A stretch of 40,654 bases of DNA from IMG/VR virus record IMGVR_UViG_3300043443_000116, positions 1-40,654 of that record; one strand, written 5' to 3'. A program made the position numbers and the translations under genes. This document shows, piece after piece, positions 25,835-33,011 of the stretch. The stretch is from a virus. Taxonomy: Duplodnaviria > Caudoviricetes. A model generated the notes under the pieces. The model searched no databases and was not told the DNA's origin. It saw only the letters and a program-made list of their open reading frames with translations. Numbering within the stretch: the first letter of the stretch is position 1; the number at the start of each line of letters is the position of its first letter.

Positions 25835-25993
25835 TTAGCCCTTTAAAGACTTGTTGATAGATTGTAGCCATTCCAGGATCGGTACGGCTTTGTACTTTTC
25901 AACATTAAGACATTGTACGGCTTTCTCGTTGAACGTTTCAAGTACAGGATGGCCATCTGACAGTCTGACAATAACCCATGATGCAGTGCGCAT
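25835..25993 (-). CDS. First early gene (52 aa), not in the ORF track
   Basis: MRTASWVIVRLSDGHPVLETFNEKAVQCLNVEKYKAVPILEWLQSINKSLKG; AGGA RBS; just downstream of the early promoter. Confidence 0.7.
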   Translation of the reverse strand: MRTASWVIVRLSDGHPVLETFNEKAVQCLNVEKYKAVPILEWLQSINKSLKG

Positions 25994-26039
25994 GATTGTT
26001 TCCTGGTTTGTCGCTTGCGTTATTGCCTGCGATGACTGA

Positions 26040-26067
26040 ACTATAGCGGATCTTTCCAGGTTGTCAA
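26040..26067 (-). promoter_or_regulatory. Sigma70 early promoter
   Basis: Minus strand TTGACA-16 nt-TATAGT, ~45 nt before the first early ATG. Confidence 0.75.
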
Positions 26068-26174
26068 CAGTTTTGTTGATTGATTGTTACTATTGATTGA
26101 AGGGGCTTGATAGTTTGTTAATGTGTAACGTGTTAGGTGTACGTTAAAGGGTCCACCAAAGCCCCACACTCTAC

Positions 26175-26249
26175 TGTTCCACAAGTGTTTCACAGATGTT
26201 CCACAAGTGTTTCACAGATGTTCCACAGATGTTCCACAGATGTGAACAC
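26175..26249 (+). repeat. 11-bp tandem array TGTT(C/T)CACA(AG/GA) x6 plus one degenerate unit
   Basis: Units start at 26175, 26186, 26197, 26208, 26219, 26230 (and 26241). Confidence 0.92.
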
Positions 26250-26390
26250 GAATGATTCTCATTAGCACTCAGATGACCCCCGGGGAGAGGGACTGCTATG
26301 TGGAAACTTTTACAGTAGGCACCATCGTTCACAAAAAAGAACTATTAAGACTCTAAAAAAGAGGGCCAGGATGGCTTGTTAAAGACAATA

Positions 26391-26403
26391 TAAGTCATTG
26401 ATT
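26391..26403 (-). promoter_or_regulatory. IHF consensus site
   Basis: Reverse complement AATCAATGACTTA matches WATCAANNNNTTR. Confidence 0.5.
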
Positions 26404-26560
26404 ATATTCATAAATGGGGACAGGTTAGAATAGACTACAGAGTGGACACCGTGCACCCTGGAAGGGGGACTTTAGAGTAGGAAAAGCTGATAGAAATGTT
26501 GTAAAAAAACAACAATGTGATAAAAAAGTTAAAAAAACATGAAAAAGATGCAAAAAAGAC

Positions 26561-26589
26561 TTGACAAAAGAGAAAAAGTGTGCTATAAT
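26561..26589 (+). promoter_or_regulatory. Consensus sigma70 promoter facing the structural arm
   Basis: TTGACA-17 nt-TATAAT with TGn extension, preceded by phased A-tracts. Confidence 0.85.
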
Positions 26590-26620
26590 GTAGTCATTAT
26601 AGACAAGAAAGTAAGAACTA

Positions 26621-26790
26621 TAGAGACTACAGAGTCTCTAAGAAGTTAAATACACATTATAAGTACTACATTATAAGTATAACTAACAATGATTACTTAT
26701 ATAAGTACTACTTATAATGTTACATTAGTGTAAACATCTTAGTAACTATAGAGTATACTCTAATGTGCCAGAGTTAGACTCTGTGCACAT
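26621..26790. repeat. Cluster of direct and inverted AT-rich repeats
   Basis: ACATTATAAGT at 26654 and 26668, inverted at 26710; perfect 14-bp palindromes at 26694-26707 and 26749-26762; 8-bp hairpin at 26621-26640. Confidence 0.8.
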
Positions 26791-26871
26791 CAACGATGGG
26801 ACATTAAAGAGGATTGTCTTAAAACATTAATAGGTTTGTCTCCCAACGTTGGGGCAAAGACAGGAGTAATC

Positions 26872-27258
26872 ATGACTAAGCCTTCAGGCAACAAGATTGG
26901 TAGACCACCTAAGACATCTTTAACTGAGATTAAAGAGAAACGTGGTGTTGGTCGTCCTAAAGGCGATAAAGCCATTATGGATGAATACAAACTTAGGATG
27001 TTGAATAGTCCTAAGTCTGCTAAAGTTCTTGAGAAAGTATACGAAGTTGCTTTGTCTGATGGACACCCTGGTCAAATGGCAGCTATGAAACTTGTCTTAG
27101 ATCGTATTGTGCCACAAAGTGCATTTGATGTGTCTAAATCAGGTAACGGTGGTGTACCCCAGATCAGCATTAACATTGCAGGCTTGAACAGCCCTACAAT
27201 TGACACCGTAGAAGAAGTAACTGACGTAGAGGTAAAAGAATATACAGACACCGAGTGA
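26872..27258 (+). CDS. Putative terminase small subunit
   Basis: ATG at 26872 with AGGAG RBS; GRP motifs, AAMKLVLDRIVP and C-terminal ISINI strand; first gene of the packaging module. Confidence 0.75.
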   Translation: MTKPSGNKIGRPPKTSLTEIKEKRGVGRPKGDKAIMDEYKLRMLNSPKSAKVLEKVYEVALSDGHPGQMAAMKLVLDRIVPQSAFDVSKSGNGGVPQISINIAGLNSPTIDTVEEVTDVEVKEYTDTE

Positions 27259-27322
27259 TCGGCTTTCGCCACGTTACAGGTGCGTGGGTCTGAACACCTG
27301 TTTTCTCTCGAAAGGAGATCAC
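27255..27322 (+). promoter_or_regulatory. Predicted structured RNA: closing stem plus H-type pseudoknot masking an RBS
   Basis: Pairings GTGATC/GATCAC, CTTTCG/CGAAAG, CCACG/CGTGG and ACAGGTG/CACCTGT (see findings). Confidence 0.6.
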
Positions 27323-27325
27323 AAC

Positions 27326-27934
27326 ATGAAATACTATACATACGCTCACTATACCTTAGATACTAACGAACTGTTTTATATTGGAAAAGGAACAGGAAAT
27401 CGTTGCAACTCTGAGAACAATAGAAACATATACTGGAAAAGAAAAGTTGCTAAGCATGGATTTAAAGTATGTGTGTTATCCTTGTGGGACACAGAAGAAG
27501 ATGCGTATACCCACGAAAAAGTATTGATAGATGCTTTTAAGTCCCTTGGCTATAAGTTGTGCAATATAGCAAACGGAGGCAAAGGAGGGCTTTCTGGTGT
27601 ACTTAATCCAAAAGTTAGTGCTGCCAATAAAACTAGAGAATGGTCTGAAGATTCTAGGAAAAAGGTATCTGGTACTTTGAGAGGCAGAAAGATGTCAGAA
27701 GAGTTTAAAGAAAAGACATCTAAAAGACTTAAAGAAGTTCCTAAGACATTTTCACACCGCAAAAATTTAGCTAAAGCATTAAGCAAAAGTAAAATAGAAT
27801 GTGTGACAACAGGGGTCGTATATGACACACTGTTTGAAGCAGCTTTGGACACAGAAAGTGACAGGTCGCATATTTTGAAATGCTGTAAAGGTATTCTAAA
27901 AACACATAAAAAACTTGCCTGGAGGTTTGCATGA
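27326..27934 (+). CDS. GIY-YIG-family homing endonuclease with NUMOD-like DNA-binding repeats
   Basis: YYTYAH...FYIGKGTGNR...E...LCNIANGGKGG; basic SEDSRKKVS / SEEFKEKTS repeats; C-terminal HTH-like region; AT-rich. Confidence 0.85.
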   Translation: MKYYTYAHYTLDTNELFYIGKGTGNRCNSENNRNIYWKRKVAKHGFKVCVLSLWDTEEDAYTHEKVLIDAFKSLGYKLCNIANGGKGGLSGVLNPKVSAANKTREWSEDSRKKVSGTLRGRKMSEEFKEKTSKRLKEVPKTFSHRKNLAKALSKSKIECVTTGVVYDTLFEAALDTESDRSHILKCCKGILKTHKKLAWRFA

Positions 27935-29193
27935 CTTCCTTATCGTGGAAATTATTGCCTTGGCAGATTGATGTATGGCAATCCAAGGCTCGCTTTAAAG
28001 TCATTGCTGCTGGTCGACGTTGTGGTAAGAGTAATCTTGCCATTAAAATGCTTTTAGCCAAAGCCCTTGAAGCTCCTGAAGGATCTTCTGTTATTTATGT
28101 CGCTCCAACGCTAGGCCAAGCAAAAACTATCTGTTGGGATGCTTTAATGGAGCAAGGCAGAGATGTTATTAAAGCTAGTCACATCAATTCAATGGAAGTG
28201 ACTTTAATTACAGGTAGAAAGATTTACATTCGCTCCGGTGAAAACAAGGACGCGCTCCGTGGTCTTAAACTGTATTTTGCTGTTATCGACGAAGCCTCGT
28301 TCGTCCCGGAAGAAGTATTTACTAAAATTCTTCGACCAGCTTTATCCGACTTAAAAGGTGAAGCTGTTATTATATCGACGCCAGAAGGCCGCAATCACTT
28401 TTACGAGTGGTTTAAACTAGGAGACTCGGGTTCAAATCCAGAATGGAAATCCTGGCATTTAACTACACGTGATAATCCTACAATTCCTCCAGAGGAAATT
28501 GAAGAAGCTAAACGAACGTTAAGTACTTTAATCTTCAAACAAGAATTTGAAGCATCGTTCTCAACAGCAGGTCAAGAGATATTCAAAGAAGATTGGATTA
28601 AGACAGGTGAGGAGCCTCAGTATGGCTCTTACGTCATTGCTGTTGACTTAGCAGGCTTTGAAGAGGTTGCTAAGAATGCTACAGCTTCTAAGAAGCGTCT
28701 TGATGAGTCAGCTATTGCAGTCGTTAAAGTTAATGATGAAGATGGCTCTTGGTGGGTCAAAGAAATCATTCATGGTCGTTGGGACATCCAAGAGACTGCT
28801 GAGAAGATTCTTAAAGTCATTGCTGACTATCAACCTATCTCGATTGGTATTGAGAAGGGTGCATTGAAGAATGCAGTGCTGCCTTACTTGACTGACCTCA
28901 TGAGGAAGTATAACAAGTTTGCACACATTCATGATCTCACGCACGGTAATCGTAAGAAGACTGACCGTATTGTGTGGTCTTTGCAGGGCAGATTTGAACA
29001 TGGTCGTATCTTCTTGAACAAAGATGCTGACTTTGAAGAATTCAAAGAACAACTACTTCTGTTCCCCACAGCAGGTGTTCATGATGACTTGGTTGATGCT
29101 TTGTCATATGTCGATCAGCTTGCTGTAACGAGTTACATGAGTGACTATGAGGATGAAGAAGTAGACATTATAGATCAATGGAGTGGATACTGA
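27931..29193 (+). CDS. terL: Terminase large subunit
   Basis: AAGRRCGKS Walker A, LRG...AVIDEA Walker B, ISTPEG, AVDLAG and HDDLVDAL. Confidence 0.96.
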   Translation: MTSLSWKLLPWQIDVWQSKARFKVIAAGRRCGKSNLAIKMLLAKALEAPEGSSVIYVAPTLGQAKTICWDALMEQGRDVIKASHINSMEVTLITGRKIYIRSGENKDALRGLKLYFAVIDEASFVPEEVFTKILRPALSDLKGEAVIISTPEGRNHFYEWFKLGDSGSNPEWKSWHLTTRDNPTIPPEEIEEAKRTLSTLIFKQEFEASFSTAGQEIFKEDWIKTGEEPQYGSYVIAVDLAGFEEVAKNATASKKRLDESAIAVVKVNDEDGSWWVKEIIHGRWDIQETAEKILKVIADYQPISIGIEKGALKNAVLPYLTDLMRKYNKFAHIHDLTHGNRKKTDRIVWSLQGRFEHGRIFLNKDADFEEFKEQLLLFPTAGVHDDLVDALSYVDQLAVTSYMSDYEDEEVDIIDQWSGY

Positions 29194-29194
29194 T

Positions 29195-29461
29195 ATGGCT
29201 ACTAAGAAAGACTCTCGGCTTGAGAGGGCAGGAGTGTCTGGCTTCAACAAACCTAAAGCCACTCCTAGTCATCCTACTAAAAGCCATGTAGTTGTCGCCA
29301 AAGAAGGCGATCAAGTTAAGACTATCCGCTTTGGTCAGCAAGGCGTTAAAGGCTCTCCTGAAGGCTCTGAGCGTAATGAAGCATTCAAGGCTCGTCATGC
29401 TAAGAACATTGCTAGAGGAAAGATGTCAGCAGCGTATTGGGCTGATAAAGTTAAGTGGTAA
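29195..29461 (+). CDS. Small basic phage protein (88 aa)
   Basis: KTIRFGQQG...FKARH...SAAYWADKVKW, between terL and portal. Confidence 0.8.
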   Translation: MATKKDSRLERAGVSGFNKPKATPSHPTKSHVVVAKEGDQVKTIRFGQQGVKGSPEGSERNEAFKARHAKNIARGKMSAAYWADKVKW

Positions 29462-29480
29462 TGATTAAGTAAGGACAACT

Positions 29481-31532
29481 ATGAGTTACAACGAAGACGG
29501 TCTCCGTGAGCAGACATTGGACTCTTGGGTCATGTCTAAAGTGTCCTCTTGGCGGGATCACTACCGGAGTAACTACCAAGAAAAACATGAAGAGTATTCC
29601 CGTATCTGGCGAGGAATCTGGAGTGGTTCAGATAAGCTACGTGATAGCGAACGCTCCAAACTCATCTCGCCAGCTACACAACAGGCTGTAGAGTCTGCTG
29701 TAGCGGAGGTCGAAGAAGCCACCTTTGGTCGTGGTAAGTTCTTTGACATCCGTGATGATCGTAATGACCAAGATCCTTCTGACATTGCTTACTTGCGTGA
29801 GCAGTTGCATGAAGACTTCTCCAAGACTAAGGTACGTAAGGCTGTAGCAGAATCACTGATTAACAGTGCTGTCTACGGTACTGGTATGGCAGAGCTGGTC
29901 ATTGAGCAGATCAAAGAACAGAAGCCTGCAACGCGGCCTATCATGGACGGTGCTCTGAAGGCCGTGGGTGTTGAGATTACTGATCGTACAGTGGTGAAGC
30001 TACGCCCTGTACAGCCTCAGAACTTCTTGATCGACCCCATTGCAGCCAGCATCGAAGAAGCTCTCGGTGTAGCCATTGATGAGTTTGTTCCTCGACATAG
30101 CGTAGAGATTGCTATCAAGAACGGTATCTACCGTGATGAAGACATCTGCGATGATGCTCCTGATGATGAACTTGAGGCTGACAAAGAACTCAGCATTGCA
30201 CCTACGGATAAGGTTCGACTGACTAAGTACTACGGTTTGGTTCCTCGCCACTTGTTCGACAAAGCAGTCAATGAGCCTGCTGAGTACGAGGCTGACGAAG
30301 AAGAAACTGAAGCTGAGACTGAACGTAAGCAGAAAGCCTATGACGCTCTTGCCGCAGAGATTGACGGTGAAGAGATTGAAGAAGGTGATTACGTTGAAGC
30401 TATTGTTGTCATCGCTAACGGTGGAACTCTGCTGAAGGTAGAGGAAAACCCTTACATGATGCAAGACAGGCCCGTTATTGCATTCTCTTGGGATATTGTC
30501 CCTGGACGTTTCTGGGGTCGTGGCATTGTTGAAAAAGCCTACAACTCTCAGAAGGCTCTGGACACTGAACTGCGAGCACGTATTGATGCTCTGGCATTGA
30601 CAGTCCATCCGATGATGGCGATGGATGCTACACGACTGCCTCGTGGTAGCAAACTTGAGATTAAGCCGGGTAAGTCAATCCTGACTAATGGTAATCCTGG
30701 TGAGATCCTGATGCCATTTAAGTTTGGCTCTGTAGATCAGATCACCTTTGCACAAGCTGGTGAACTTCAGAAGATGGTTCAGATGGCTACGGGTGCGGTT
30801 GATGCTGCTGGTATCCCTGGAAGCATTAACGGTGAAGCTGCTGCCGGTGCTGTGAGTATGTCTCTTGGTGCTATCATCAAGCGTCATAAGCGTACACTGA
30901 TTAACTTCCAAGAATCTTTCTTGATCCCTCTGGTTGAGAAGTCTGCTTGGCGTTACATGCAGTTTGATCCTGAGCACTACCCTGTCAATGACTTTAAGTT
31001 TATTCCTTCTAGCTCATTGGGTGTGATTGCTCGTGAGTATGAAGTTACTCAGTTGGTTCAGTTGCTGCAAACCATTGGTCAAGATAGTCCCATCTATCCT
31101 TTGTTGATCACTGCTGTGATTGACAACATGGGCTTGGCTAACCGAGAACAACTGATTGCAAGCATCCAGCAAGCATCTCAGCCTTCACCAGAGGCTCAGC
31201 AGCAAGCTCAGATGGCTCAACAGGCTCAAATGGCTACTGTGCAGGCTGATCTGCAACTCAAGCAAGCTCAGGCTCAGAAGGCTCAAGCAGAGGCTCAGAA
31301 GGCCTTGGTTGAGGCTCAGTTGGCTCCTGAAGAAGTTCGTGCTAAGTTGGTGTCTGCTCTGTCTAACAACTTGAATGAAGACAGTGAACAGGCTGACTTT
31401 GAGCGTAGGGCTAAGATTGCTGAGTTGATGCTCAAGGAAGAGGATCTGAAGAGCAATGAACGTATTGCTCGTATGCAGATGGAGTCTAAGAGACAATCAG
31501 ATCAACAATTTGAATCAGCTATGGGTGCATAA
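29481..31532 (+). CDS. Portal protein (P22-like, with C-terminal coiled coil)
   Basis: 683 aa after terL; YGTG, NFLIDP and FWGRGIVEK motifs; Q/A-rich C-terminal heptads. Confidence 0.9.
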   Translation: MSYNEDGLREQTLDSWVMSKVSSWRDHYRSNYQEKHEEYSRIWRGIWSGSDKLRDSERSKLISPATQQAVESAVAEVEEATFGRGKFFDIRDDRNDQDPSDIAYLREQLHEDFSKTKVRKAVAESLINSAVYGTGMAELVIEQIKEQKPATRPIMDGALKAVGVEITDRTVVKLRPVQPQNFLIDPIAASIEEALGVAIDEFVPRHSVEIAIKNGIYRDEDICDDAPDDELEADKELSIAPTDKVRLTKYYGLVPRHLFDKAVNEPAEYEADEEETEAETERKQKAYDALAAEIDGEEIEEGDYVEAIVVIANGGTLLKVEENPYMMQDRPVIAFSWDIVPGRFWGRGIVEKAYNSQKALDTELRARIDALALTVHPMMAMDATRLPRGSKLEIKPGKSILTNGNPGEILMPFKFGSVDQITFAQAGELQKMVQMATGAVDAAGIPGSINGEAAAGAVSMSLGAIIKRHKRTLINFQESFLIPLVEKSAWRYMQFDPEHYPVNDFKFIPSSSLGVIAREYEVTQLVQLLQTIGQDSPIYPLLITAVIDNMGLANREQLIASIQQASQPSPEAQQQAQMAQQAQMATVQADLQLKQAQAQKAQAEAQKALVEAQLAPEEVRAKLVSALSNNLNEDSEQADFERRAKIAELMLKEEDLKSNERIARMQMESKRQSDQQFESAMGA

Positions 31533-31534
31533 CA

Positions 31535-31981
31535 ATGGATGACATGGATAAGCTCTTAAAACTAGCTAGTGCTGTAGGACAGCTTAGGAAGGATGTTAAA
31601 GAGCTTTCCACCAAGGCTGAGACTATTACTAAACTTGAAGGCCCACAAGGTCTCAAGGGCGACAAAGGAGACAAAGGTGACCCCGGCGTCTCTGGTCGTG
31701 ATGGACTAGATGGCAAAGACGGTAAAGATGGTAAGGACGGTGTTGACGGTAAAGATGGTCAAGACGGTGCCAGTATCGTTGATGCTGAGATGGATTTTGA
31801 TGGATCATTGAAGTTCACTCTTGATAACGGTAAAGAGATCAGTACAAGTCCTTTTGCTTCTCAGTCTGCTGGTAACAGTAGCACAACGCTAAAGCAAATA
31901 GCATCAGGCCCTAAAATCTTCGTACAAGCAACTGAGCCTGTGTCTCCTGCTGTTGGTGACATCTGGTTTGACATTTCTTAA
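31535..31981 (+). CDS. Collagen-like repeat protein
   Basis: Run of G-X-Y triplets (GPQGLKGDKGDKGDPGVSGRDGLDGKD...) and C-terminal GDIWFD. Confidence 0.85.
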   Translation: MDDMDKLLKLASAVGQLRKDVKELSTKAETITKLEGPQGLKGDKGDKGDPGVSGRDGLDGKDGKDGKDGVDGKDGQDGASIVDAEMDFDGSLKFTLDNGKEISTSPFASQSAGNSSTTLKQIASGPKIFVQATEPVSPAVGDIWFDIS

Positions 31982-31992
31982 AGGTAAACAAA

Positions 31993-32364
31993 ATGGCTGT
32001 AACTTATACAACTGCTGTGAAGAATGCTCGTCTGGACGCTGTAGTGACGGCTATTGGCACTGCTGGTGTTCTTGAGATTGGAACTACTGGCATGGCTTCT
32101 GTGCTGGCTACGATTGCTCTGGGCAACCCTGCTGGTACGACTGCCTCTGGTGTACTGACCTTCAGTGGCTTTCCTCGTAGTGACACTTCTGCTGACGCTA
32201 CTGGCACCGCTGCTGCTGCGCGTATCCGTACTGCCTCTGGTGGTACTGACATCGTGACGGGTTTGACTGTGGGCACTTCAGGTTCTGATATTAACCTTGA
32301 CTCTACGAGCATCACTGCTGGTCAAACTGTTACGCTGAACTCTGCTACGATTACTCACGCCTAA
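31993..32364 (+). CDS. Putative virion decoration/fibre protein (123 aa)
   Basis: T/A/G/S-rich beta protein with high-expression codon use. Confidence 0.6.
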   Translation: MAVTYTTAVKNARLDAVVTAIGTAGVLEIGTTGMASVLATIALGNPAGTTASGVLTFSGFPRSDTSADATGTAAAARIRTASGGTDIVTGLTVGTSGSDINLDSTSITAGQTVTLNSATITHA

Positions 32365-32377
32365 TTGGAGGTGATCT

Positions 32378-33010
32378 ATGACGATCACTTACTATGATGG
32401 TCTTGGGCGTCTACTGACACCCTCTGAAGTTGATGGTAACTTTACTGATCTTGATACTCGCACTGCTCTCGGGTGGCGTGATAACATTGTTGAACTAAAG
32501 GTTGACTCTAGCAGCCCTAATGCTCCTACCTTGGAAGCATTTCGTGGTAACATTCTGTGCTGGAAGTTCCCTCCTGGCGAACTAACTGAGGCACACAGTG
32601 CATGGCATATTGACCATGATTATGCTCTAGGTACTAAGCTGTATCTTCATGTTCACTGGGCATCTAAGACAACAAACACAGGTAACATTCGTTGGGGTTT
32701 TGAGTACACAGTAGCTAAAGGACACCAACAACAAGCCTTCCCTGCTACTACGACGGTGTACGTAGAGCAAGCATCAACAGGTACTGCTTATATGCACTAC
32801 GTTGGTGAAGTCTCTGAAGCTAACGCTATTGACGGTGCTGCTCTTGGGATTGAACCTGATACTGTTATCCTTGTGCGTCTCTTCCGTGACGGTGGACACG
32901 CTAACGATACGTTAGAGACTGATGCTTTTGTGTCTTTCTTGGATCTTCATTATCAAGCAGATAGGGCTACTACTCCATACAAAGCACCTAATTTCTTGAC
33001 AGGAGCATAA
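32378..33010 (+). CDS. Putative fibre-associated protein (210 aa)
   Basis: GGAGGT RBS; N-terminal LTPSEVDGNFTDLD anchor-like motif followed by a beta-rich domain. Confidence 0.6.
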   Translation: MTITYYDGLGRLLTPSEVDGNFTDLDTRTALGWRDNIVELKVDSSSPNAPTLEAFRGNILCWKFPPGELTEAHSAWHIDHDYALGTKLYLHVHWASKTTNTGNIRWGFEYTVAKGHQQQAFPATTTVYVEQASTGTAYMHYVGEVSEANAIDGAALGIEPDTVILVRLFRDGGHANDTLETDAFVSFLDLHYQADRATTPYKAPNFLTGA

Positions 33011-33011
33011 T

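Noticed and set aside
26175-26249. CRISPR array
   Set aside because: Units are 11 bp and contiguous, with no unique spacers and no cas genes.
27255-27322. Hammerhead or pistol ribozyme
   Set aside because: CTGA and GAAA are present, but the core reads CTGAACA rather than CUGANGA, and the stem order fits neither family as far as I can judge by eye.
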